Below, piece by piece: positions 38,935 through 47,115 of a stretch of 64,000 bases of DNA. The notes beneath the pieces are model-generated. The model saw only the letters and a list, made by a program, of their open reading frames with translations, ran no database searches and was not told the DNA's origin. Origin of the DNA: Rubripirellula sp. (GTDB taxonomy: Bacteria > Planctomycetota > Planctomycetia > Pirellulales > Pirellulaceae). Position 1 is the stretch's first letter. Every line of letters begins with the position of its first letter. The position numbers and the translations under genes are program-made. Location of the stretch: positions 3,008,001 to 3,072,000 of the forward strand of contig OZ244207.1 in the NCBI GenBank assembly GCA_965216875.1, read 5' to 3'.

Positions 38935-39811
38935 CGCTATCGTTCGCGCCGAAGACGATGTCATACGCTGCGCGTTTTGCCCCTCGGTCATGCAGGGACG
39001 CGACATCAAACTGGTCGAAAGTGTGACGCGCATTTTCACCAAGAAGTTATCCGAGCAGACTCCTGGAATCACCTTCGAGCCTGTCTTCCCTGAAAAGGGT
39101 GATCTCGACATCGTTGCCAGCAATCTCCAAACCGGCAATGACTATGAACTCGCGGTCGTTTGGGGAATCGAATACGGCCTGCTAAAGGAAACGGTCAAAG
39201 ACCTGGAGGTCATCTGCGTCGGGTCGACGATGAAAGTGTTGCTTCCAACCTCTTCGATCATCGTTCGGAATCCAATCTTGCCGATCGCAAACCACACTGA
39301 CAAGAATCCATTCCGCGTTCATCTGATCGACGGCGGCTCGATGATCGCCGAGATGCACTTTAAGCAATTGGAAGTTGCTTACGGCGACAAGGTCCGCCGA
39401 GCTGAGAAACCTGAGTACGGTGCAGCGCGACAGGTGGGTGACCTAATCGACGGCATTCTCAACGAGGACTTTGATGGGCTCATCATCGATGAATACAATT
39501 TGCTTGCTCTGCAACAAGACTTCCCCCAGCTTCTTCAAGGTTGTGCTGTCAGCTCAGACTGGGGAAATGTAAAACCAGCGCCGACCTTCCCCCATCCGGC
39601 TCTCATCGGCCGCCGCTCAATTGTTGAGGATCGCTCAAACGGTTCCTGGCAAGCGATCTCAAGCCACTTGTTTGAGGTCATGAATAAAACGCGAGCAGGC
39701 GAGCGGTTTCGGGAAGGATGGTATGCTCAACAAATCGTTCCGCCGTCAGAATCGTACGACAAACAAGTGACCGAAAAGCTCAACCTTTACCGGCCTCTGA
39801 TCTCATTCTAG
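38870..39811 (+). CDS. Secreted protein, possibly PhnD/phosphonate-binding-like periplasmic binding fold
   Basis: Signal peptide; SSIIVR and PTFPHPALI resemble PhnD-family patterns; weak similarity. Confidence 0.5.
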   Translation: MRLITSLFLISILTVTSTLRNDAIVRAEDDVIRCAFCPSVMQGRDIKLVESVTRIFTKKLSEQTPGITFEPVFPEKGDLDIVASNLQTGNDYELAVVWGIEYGLLKETVKDLEVICVGSTMKVLLPTSSIIVRNPILPIANHTDKNPFRVHLIDGGSMIAEMHFKQLEVAYGDKVRRAEKPEYGAARQVGDLIDGILNEDFDGLIIDEYNLLALQQDFPQLLQGCAVSSDWGNVKPAPTFPHPALIGRRSIVEDRSNGSWQAISSHLFEVMNKTRAGERFREGWYAQQIVPPSESYDKQVTEKLNLYRPLISF

Positions 39812-42800
39812 ATCCGCAGCCAAATGCCGTCGTTGTCTAGCAATTGGTCAATAAACTCTTTGTGCTCAGGATGCGTTGATTTGATTGCTTCAACCTGTTC
39901 GTACAGGTAGGTCCGAACATGATTGCGTCTCTCTTGCCCGTGATGCCTCACATCCGCTTTGATCATCTCAAGCACTTCGTCGAGGATATCGATCTTGCCG
40001 TTTTCGCATAGTTGCTCGCATACCAGTTGAAACGTTTCCGGCTGCAAGTTGTCTTCTTGCCGCAAAACGAATAGCGCCAGCCCCTCGCCCAGATCGAGCA
40101 AGTGCGAGTTCATTTCGATCAATTCCGGTAATTGCTCGCGATCAATCACCGCTGCGAGATGCTTGGGCAACAACTCATCCTTTCGATTGATAAACTCCTG
40201 CTGAGTCTGCCTTCGAATGGATTCATCCGAAAGCGAAAGCTCTGCAAGCAATTCGACAGCATACCGCTGCGTACTTGCATCTTTGGCAACAACCGCTATC
40301 GCGGCATCCGTGGCCGCATAAACATCGACGTCGCGCAACACTTCCAGAACGTTGCGATCAATAAGGTCCGAGTACCCGATCCAATTCACGCTCGACACCG
40401 CGTGCTTCATAAAAGGAACTCCGATATCCCGATCTGATTCATCGATACGATCTGCGACCCACGCGCGTGATTTCAATATCGTCGCGGCGTGCTGGGCATG
40501 CCGTTCAAATGGAAGATTAACGAACTTGCCTTCGCTATCGATAGCACTCCATTTTTTTAGGTAAGCCAGAATCGCTTTCGATGTAAATCGATCCTCGCCT
40601 CCCATGCGGATGCATTGAGACGACATCCATATTCTGCGGCAAAGGGTCAAATTTGGCCGTCCGTTTCGCTGGATGATTTCCTCGGCATCGCCCAGGTACT
40701 CGTCAAACATAAACTGCAGCTCATCCAATCGCCCGGCGTAGCTGGACTGGTTTAGATACATCGTCAGGTAGGCAACGCGAACGCCATCTTCAGGAAGTCC
40801 CAGCAGGCTTTCTTCCAGCAACGCTACCGGAAACCTATCCAGCACAGTTGCGATCTCTCGCGGTGTCCCCGTGTCGGACCTAAGTTGTTCAAAACACCAC
40901 GCAATAAGTTGCTCACGTTTGTCGCTTTCGATTCGACCAGGCACTCCAGGGTCGATGAGCGCATCAGCCACGCCTGCCAATAGAAGCTTCTTCGCTGGAA
41001 GTGAAAGATCGTCTCCGTTCATCAGCCGATCGACCAGCAATTCCGCCCATTGCTTACGCGCGTTGACATCACGAGCGGCCCATGATGGCAATCTTGTATG
41101 CAAATTGAGAATCTCGCTTACCGCGTCCGGATATGCGTTCTCGTTCAGCTCAATACTCATTTCCAGCCACGCATCGGGAGCAATGCTGCCCGCCAAGAGC
41201 TGTATCGACCGAACTTGGGTCGTCGATAAGGCAGGCGTCTCAGGAAAGCGGTCTCCACCGTGAAGAGTACTTTCGGCGATAGCCAAAATGGACGCACGGC
41301 TTTCAGAGTCACAAACATCCGAATCGATCACATCCCCCAACGCGCGAAGGTATGCGTTTAACAAAGACATGTCGGACTCGCGCTGCGCAACTCGAACAAG
41401 CGATTTGATTTGATCGGAATTGTCCTTTAGACGCAGCTGGCTCAACGCCGAGCTTTTCTGTTCGAAGTTTGCCCAGTCGCCACTGATCACCTCCATCGGC
41501 GTCGCCGGATCGCGGGCAAACGAAAGGGCGATGGCAACGACCAAACAAACCGACAACGAGAATCCTGCAAGCCGCATCAAGTGACGCCGAGTTGCCCTGC
41601 GAATCATACTCTGCTGATCCGTCGTCCTGCGACGTTTGGGGATGTACAAGGCAAACCGAATACAGTCCAGCGGCCCGGGCAAAACCGCCCCCTCGCGACT
41701 TGAATCGACCCACTGTCGAGTCCTTGATTCAAGTTTCAATTCAGCCCGTCCCCGCCGAGTCGAGCGTTGGCGGCGTGTCAGCCAACCTCGAATCGACGGC
41801 ACAAGGTAGTCGTGTGTCAGCTGGTAGTACTTCTCATCAATCGATGCATTACTATTCGACAGCGAGTCATCCGCCGAGTTCTTACTTGGCGACGTTGGCG
41901 TGATCAATCGAAGTTCGCTATCGAGTATTTTCAGCAACTCTTCAAAATCGTCATGACTTTGGTCGTACTCCGACGCTTGCAACAAAACGTCGGCGCGCTG
42001 CATATGCCCCTTGATATCGCTGCCTGATTGCGGCATCAACGAATTCAAGACGCGCCGTGCAGCTGGTTCGTGGTAACGGTGTTGTGGAGCGGCCGTCGAA
42101 GCTGAAAACGTTTCCTCGAGAAACTGTTCACCTACACCTGATGTTCCACCGAGGCCTCGAAGCGTTGGAGGCGTCCATGGCTTTCCTTTTAACATTTCAG
42201 CGACCAAAGCGATCCGAACACAAATCACTTTGTCGTCGTCCGCAAGACCAGCGACGGCTTCCGAAAGGAACTTCCGATTCTGGTCGGTCAATTCGCTGTC
42301 GTCCGCCGGCAGTCGCCCATGCGCGACACCGAATTCCTTCAAAACATGTTCCGCGTGACTCGGCTCGAACAAGTCGGTCAACGCATAATTGCGATCTTCG
42401 CTCAGACCAATTTCGAGCTCGCGAAAGAACCGTTGCGCAGCCAATCCAAAGTCACTTCGTGCCATCACAATGCACTGCACGTGTGTTCCATCACATTGGC
42501 GAATGGCGCGAACAAGCTCGGTATTCCGTTGCCCAGCGTGCTCGTGCAACCACTGCTCGAATTGATCGAGCACAATCAACGTCTTTTGTGGCCCTTGCGT
42601 TTGTCGCAACTGATAGATCGCCTCGACCAGATCAGCAGGATCGTCGAGCGGGCAACGCTGCTTCAATGCACTCAAGAGTCTTGATTCTGTTTGGCGCGCC
42701 GTCGCTTCGATGTAGATCGTTCGGACATTGTCGCTCAACCGCGGAATCAACCCTGCCTTCACGAACGACGACTTGCCACATCCCGACGGTCCCCAAAGCA

Positions 42801-44379
42801 GGCCAACGGGGAAGCTCTCTTGTGGATCTTCCGTCTCAATCCTCGACTTCCAAAATCGGATACTCTCGGGGACCCCCTGGTCGTCCCGCGGACCGGGCAA
42901 CAACTTGAGAAAGAAACCTGCATCATGTGGGCCAAAGGATCGCAGCCCCTTGGGAATGACTTTCGTGTTTTCCTGGTGGACTACCCGTTCCGGCTCGCGC
43001 TGAACTTCCGCGTCATCATTGCCTGTGGCAACCGAATCCTCCTCGGCCAAGAAACGATCGAGCTCAACTGCCAAATCATGGGCGGTCGTGTAGCGATCTG
43101 CAGCGCGCTTGGAAAGCAACCGAAGACAAATCCGCTCAAGTTCGAGCGGTATCGATTCGTTTACTTGCCTGGGCGGACGTGGATCGTGGTGGACGATGCT
43201 TTCCATCATTTCGAGTCGCGTCGATCCAAAAAACGGTCGACGCCCAGCCAGCATCTCATAGAACACGACGCCAAGGCTAAAAAGATCACTGCGTCCATCC
43301 ACCCGATGGCCCTCGCGGCGCGCCTGTTCGGGACTCATGTACGCAGGCGTGCCCTGGGAAGCTGATCCCGTCCCCACCTCTTCCTCCCTGAGCGCCAAAC
43401 CGAAATCAGCAACGTAGGGAATCATCTGCGAGTCCAAAAGGATGTTGCCTGGCTTGATATCGCGATGGACAACGCCGCCTTTATGAGCAGCCTGCAACGC
43501 CTTGGCGACCTCACAGATGAGTCGCGCAGCCCGATCGGGCCTTGGTCGCTCACTCTTCAAGTACTCCGCAAGGCTCTTACCCTTGATGAGCTTGGACACA
43601 ACGTAACAGGGAAAGTTCTCGTCACTCCCACAGTCATGAACGGGCACGATATTGGGATGCTCGAGGCTGGCAACCGTGCGTGCTTCCTTCAAATAGCCTT
43701 CGACTTGCTTAAGATTCGAAATGATATGTGGATGCGGCACTTTGATTGCCACATGACGCTGCAGTTGATCGTCAAACGCTCGGTAGACGCGCCCAAACCC
43801 GCCATGCCCAAGTAGCAACTCAATCCTATACCGCCCAATGGTGTCGGGAGGAGCGTCGGCGGTTGGGGACGTTGCGCCGGCCGTGGTTAGGTCCATGACC
43901 GTCGAAGGTACGTTACCTTGCTCGCCGCTTTTTGTGTCCTCGAATTGGGACCGACCTACTTCTTCCGATTCCTTCTGACTTCGATCGACCCGCTCGAGCT
44001 CGACAAGAATCGAACTTGCAGCACTTGGAAAGCGATTCGAGTAAGAAGCGTGACTCGGAGCATCGCCGTTGGTTGTCCGAACGAGATACTCGTGCACGAC
44101 CAGATCCGTTGTGACTGCCCCCTCAAGGATTGGAAATGCCGCGAGATAGTCTTCGATAAGCGGGTTGAGCGGAAACTGCTCCGTTTCAAAAACCGTTTGT
44201 CGCTGGCGCCACCTCTCGGCCAGATCAATCTTCACCAGCTCCGTGAGGACAGCTTTGAGAGTTTCCGGGTCAGCGTTTTCAGGTAGATAGTCCCTGATAA
44301 AAGGTGGCTGAGGCTCGCGCCAAGCAGCGCGAAACGAAGAGGCAACGCGATCGATCGGCGGTGTTTCAGATCGATTCAT
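39808..44379 (-). CDS. Ser/Thr protein kinase fused to STAND-type (nSTAND1-like) NTPase, TM helix and a large C-terminal helical region
   Basis: GHGGFG, VAIK, HRDIKPGN, DFG, GTPAYMSPE; Walker A GPSGCGKSS, Walker B LIVLDQFEQ, YQLTHDYLV; TM LAGFSLSVCLVVAIALSFA. Confidence 0.92.
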   Translation of the reverse strand: MNRSETPPIDRVASSFRAAWREPQPPFIRDYLPENADPETLKAVLTELVKIDLAERWRQRQTVFETEQFPLNPLIEDYLAAFPILEGAVTTDLVVHEYLVRTTNGDAPSHASYSNRFPSAASSILVELERVDRSQKESEEVGRSQFEDTKSGEQGNVPSTVMDLTTAGATSPTADAPPDTIGRYRIELLLGHGGFGRVYRAFDDQLQRHVAIKVPHPHIISNLKQVEGYLKEARTVASLEHPNIVPVHDCGSDENFPCYVVSKLIKGKSLAEYLKSERPRPDRAARLICEVAKALQAAHKGGVVHRDIKPGNILLDSQMIPYVADFGLALREEEVGTGSASQGTPAYMSPEQARREGHRVDGRSDLFSLGVVFYEMLAGRRPFFGSTRLEMMESIVHHDPRPPRQVNESIPLELERICLRLLSKRAADRYTTAHDLAVELDRFLAEEDSVATGNDDAEVQREPERVVHQENTKVIPKGLRSFGPHDAGFFLKLLPGPRDDQGVPESIRFWKSRIETEDPQESFPVGLLWGPSGCGKSSFVKAGLIPRLSDNVRTIYIEATARQTESRLLSALKQRCPLDDPADLVEAIYQLRQTQGPQKTLIVLDQFEQWLHEHAGQRNTELVRAIRQCDGTHVQCIVMARSDFGLAAQRFFRELEIGLSEDRNYALTDLFEPSHAEHVLKEFGVAHGRLPADDSELTDQNRKFLSEAVAGLADDDKVICVRIALVAEMLKGKPWTPPTLRGLGGTSGVGEQFLEETFSASTAAPQHRYHEPAARRVLNSLMPQSGSDIKGHMQRADVLLQASEYDQSHDDFEELLKILDSELRLITPTSPSKNSADDSLSNSNASIDEKYYQLTHDYLVPSIRGWLTRRQRSTRRGRAELKLESRTRQWVDSSREGAVLPGPLDCIRFALYIPKRRRTTDQQSMIRRATRRHLMRLAGFSLSVCLVVAIALSFARDPATPMEVISGDWANFEQKSSALSQLRLKDNSDQIKSLVRVAQRESDMSLLNAYLRALGDVIDSDVCDSESRASILAIAESTLHGGDRFPETPALSTTQVRSIQLLAGSIAPDAWLEMSIELNENAYPDAVSEILNLHTRLPSWAARDVNARKQWAELLVDRLMNGDDLSLPAKKLLLAGVADALIDPGVPGRIESDKREQLIAWCFEQLRSDTGTPREIATVLDRFPVALLEESLLGLPEDGVRVAYLTMYLNQSSYAGRLDELQFMFDEYLGDAEEIIQRNGRPNLTLCRRIWMSSQCIRMGGEDRFTSKAILAYLKKWSAIDSEGKFVNLPFERHAQHAATILKSRAWVADRIDESDRDIGVPFMKHAVSSVNWIGYSDLIDRNVLEVLRDVDVYAATDAAIAVVAKDASTQRYAVELLAELSLSDESIRRQTQQEFINRKDELLPKHLAAVIDREQLPELIEMNSHLLDLGEGLALFVLRQEDNLQPETFQLVCEQLCENGKIDILDEVLEMIKADVRHHGQERRNHVRTYLYEQVEAIKSTHPEHKEFIDQLLDNDGIWLRI

Positions 44380-44451
44380 CGGCGGACCCCAGAACAATAA
44401 GACCAACGCTCAGTATAGCGCGTCCTTATCCTTTTTTCCTGCCAGCGCATC

Positions 44452-44484
44452 AAAAACGCCACGTGAAGTCATCCACATGGCGTT
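44452..44484 (-). terminator. Intrinsic terminator after the first PEP-CTERM paralog
   Basis: Minus strand aacgccatgtg-gatgactt-cacgtggcgtt followed by T's. Confidence 0.7.
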
Positions 44485-44501
44485 GGCTGTGCAGAAGGTC
44501 G

Positions 44502-45410
44502 CTAAACATTCGTTCCCTTGCGACGACGCTTGATCCCAACTGCGGCTCCAAGCAACAGTCCCCACATCGCCAACGAACTTGGCTCTGGGACTGCGTTCAC
44601 GGTCAGGAAGGTGCTGTCGGTGATCGTGTAGCCAGCAGGAGTGGAAGGGCGTGCCCCAAACAGCGTTCCAGTGATCGCAACATCGTGCAATGTCTGGGTG
44701 ACGTTATCGGTGTGCAGTGATGCGACTGGAATGAAGACGGTTGAAGGCCCCAGCGTGTGATGAAGCACGCTCATGCCACCGGTCTCGGCTGCGAAAAAGT
44801 TGGGGCCCGCTGGGAGCTCAGCAAAATCAAGGAGTCCGTTGTCGTTCACGTCCGAGAATGAGCGCACCTCGAGGTAGTCGTCCGCGGTGCCGTACCCAAG
44901 GATTGCCCCAAGCTCGTACGAACTCAACGCTGCGATCGCGCCTGCTAGCGGGACCGTCGTGATGTCCACCGGATTGTTGTCTGACGTGAGCACAGCGATC
45001 GTTGCATCGACGCCGAATTGAGGTGCAACAATCCCCGCCCCAGCCAAGATCTCGTCGATGGAAAGTCCCGTCCCGTCGAGAGGGTCCACGCCCCTGGCCG
45101 TCAGCAGAACGGTTGGATCTGGACCAGCGTTGCCCACCGATGACGCGACCTCGAAACTATAAACTCCAATCAGCTGGTCATCGGGAGCCAGAATCCCGTT
45201 GGCAGAGGTCGTCCCAATCCTCAGGAATCCCGACACGATATCACCGGTCGAAAGGGAAAGATCCCCATCACGATCAACCACAAATGAGACGCTGTCATCA
45301 TCCAGAATATCCGGTACGTGATCAAACGACAGGTGTGACCCAAGGCTACCGGCCTGAGCGCAAGCAGCCAAAGCGAAGGACATAAGCAACGCAGGAACGA
45401 TACGAAGCAT
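44502..45410 (-). CDS. PEP-CTERM surface protein (paralog 1) with EF-hand-like loops
   Basis: Signal ..AQA, VPEPSS plus TM and KRRRK; DVNDNGLLDFAE. Confidence 0.93.
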   Translation of the reverse strand: MLRIVPALLMSFALAACAQAGSLGSHLSFDHVPDILDDDSVSFVVDRDGDLSLSTGDIVSGFLRIGTTSANGILAPDDQLIGVYSFEVASSVGNAGPDPTVLLTARGVDPLDGTGLSIDEILAGAGIVAPQFGVDATIAVLTSDNNPVDITTVPLAGAIAALSSYELGAILGYGTADDYLEVRSFSDVNDNGLLDFAELPAGPNFFAAETGGMSVLHHTLGPSTVFIPVASLHTDNVTQTLHDVAITGTLFGARPSTPAGYTITDSTFLTVNAVPEPSSLAMWGLLLGAAVGIKRRRKGTNV

Positions 45411-45580
45411 CAATCAGTTTCCAGACTCAATGGTGAACAAATCCCCTCATTCGGGGCGACCCAAAACACATTTGGCGTGGCTGCGTGAACGAAGCAGCAT
45501 CTGTTACCGATATTGTTGAGACTTGTAACAGTTCGCAACGATTATTGGGCGCGAAGCCTCCTGTATGGCACAGACCCTTT

Positions 45581-45616
45581 CGGTTGTATCGGTTGTAGGG
45601 GTAGTAACGGTTGGAA
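45581..45616. repeat. Degenerate 9-bp-period repeats (CGGTTG core) upstream of PEP-CTERM paralog 1
   Basis: cggttgtat cggttgtag gggtagtaa cggttggaa. Confidence 0.55.
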
Positions 45617-45633
45617 CGTAAGCGAACGCGCAC

Positions 45634-45670
45634 AAAAAAAAGCCGCCGCTGCTAAACGAGCAACGGCGGC
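45634..45670 (-). terminator. Intrinsic terminator after PEP-CTERM paralog 2
   Basis: Minus strand gccgccgttgct-cgttt-agcagcggcggc followed by T8. Confidence 0.9.
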
Positions 45671-45705
45671 CAATCAAATCTTTTCAGATACCTGAGCTAA
45701 ACAGC

Positions 45706-46629
45706 CTAGGCGTTCTTTTTGTTGCGTCGGCGGTAACCAACAGCACCAACACCGATCAACAGACCCCAAACAGCCAAAGAACCTGGCTCAGGAACTGCGT
45801 TCACGGTCAACGAAGTACTGTCAACGATTGTCCAATCTGCCGCTGTAGTTGGACGTGAAGCGAAAATCGTTCCGTCGAGGCTCACGTCGTGGAATGTGGT
45901 GGTAACACCATCTTCGTGAAGCGAGGCAACTGGAATGAAGGAAGTCGAAGCACCGAGGGTGTGGTGCAAGACGCTCCAACCAGCCGACTCCGAACCGATG
46001 AATCCGCCCGTTCCCAATGCTGGGAGTTCAGCGAAATCGATCTCGCCACTGTCGTCAGTGTCGAGGAACGATCGCAACTCGGTGTAGTCATCTGCCGTTC
46101 CCAAGCCAAGGATCGCGTCAAGCGAATACGCGCCCAGAGCACCACCAAGACCGATTGCACCAGCGACTGATTCGTCGGTGATGTTGGTCGTGTTTGGTTG
46201 TGATGAAAGAACAGCTGCCATACCAGCAGCACCAACAGCAGGAGCCGCAATGCCGTGGAACGCGAGCATCTCGTCAATCGAAAGACCGGTGCCCAGCAAT
46301 GGGTCGGTACCGACAGCGGTCAAATCGACTTGCGGGTTCGCTCCGGCAACACCAGTCGACGTTGCGATTTGGAAGCTGTAGTAGCCAACAAGTTGGTCAT
46401 CGGGAGCCAACACACCATTTGCAGTCGTCGTTCCGATGCGGAGTACACCTGCAACAACGTCACCAACGGATAATGATCCGCTAGCGTCCAAGTCGGCGAT
46501 GAAGCCAACGCTATCATCGTCAAGCAAGTCAGGAACGTGGTCGAAGGTCAGGTGCGAGCTAAGTGGGCCAGCTTGTGCGCTGACAACCATAGCGAGAGCG
46601 GCGAAAACGCCAAAAAGTGAACGTAACAT
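45706..46629 (-). CDS. PEP-CTERM surface protein (paralog 2) with EF-hand-like loops
   Basis: Signal ..AQA, VPEPGS plus TM and RRRNKK; DTDDSGEIDFAE; colinear with paralog 1. Confidence 0.93.
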   Translation of the reverse strand: MLRSLFGVFAALAMVVSAQAGPLSSHLTFDHVPDLLDDDSVGFIADLDASGSLSVGDVVAGVLRIGTTTANGVLAPDDQLVGYYSFQIATSTGVAGANPQVDLTAVGTDPLLGTGLSIDEMLAFHGIAAPAVGAAGMAAVLSSQPNTTNITDESVAGAIGLGGALGAYSLDAILGLGTADDYTELRSFLDTDDSGEIDFAELPALGTGGFIGSESAGWSVLHHTLGASTSFIPVASLHEDGVTTTFHDVSLDGTIFASRPTTAADWTIVDSTSLTVNAVPEPGSLAVWGLLIGVGAVGYRRRNKKNA

Positions 46630-46677
46630 TAGGTTTCCTAAAAACTCAAAACACAAATTGAAACTGTAAAAACGGAT

Positions 46678-47055
46678 CTACAGCTCAGCCTGTGGCGGTT
46701 TTAGAAGACCATCAAGTTCAGGATCGGCCGGCAACGCATGATTTGCCAACCTCGTGAACTCAACAACAGGTAATGTAAGTTCGAGAGATGAATCGAAAGA
46801 TGGCGAAGCACTCGAAGACGAGGTCACCACGTTCGAAAGCGTCGAAGTTCCAGCAAGATTTGATGAGGGACTCTCGTCGACATGCTCAGACTCAGCATCC
46901 TTAACGACGCAGAATTCCTTGAGCAGATTCTCTATCACAGACTCTTCAACAACTTCCTCGGTTTCAATCGCAACCGCGACTGAAATAGCCCCTGCGTTGG
47001 CGAACCCGCCAATGAGGGAAACGAGGAAAATCGGTAGAAGGAGACGCGACATCAT
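46678..47055 (-). CDS. Small secreted Ser/acidic-rich protein ending LLKPPQ (possible leader/arrest peptide)
   Basis: Signal MSRLLLPIFLVSLIGGFANA, low-complexity linker, C-terminal LPADPELDGLLKPPQAEL; ends about 50 nt before the PEP-CTERM start. Confidence 0.7.
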   Translation of the reverse strand: MMSRLLLPIFLVSLIGGFANAGAISVAVAIETEEVVEESVIENLLKEFCVVKDAESEHVDESPSSNLAGTSTLSNVVTSSSSASPSFDSSLELTLPVVEFTRLANHALPADPELDGLLKPPQAEL

Positions 47056-47115
47056 GGGCGTAATGATAGTGCCGATTATTTCGACATTCAAGACTCTTAT
47101 GGAAAAGTGGAGGAT

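Noticed and set aside
42057..43365. Long plus-strand ORFs (283 aa, 224 aa) opposite the kinase
   Set aside because: Antisense shadows of a well-supported gene, with no motifs
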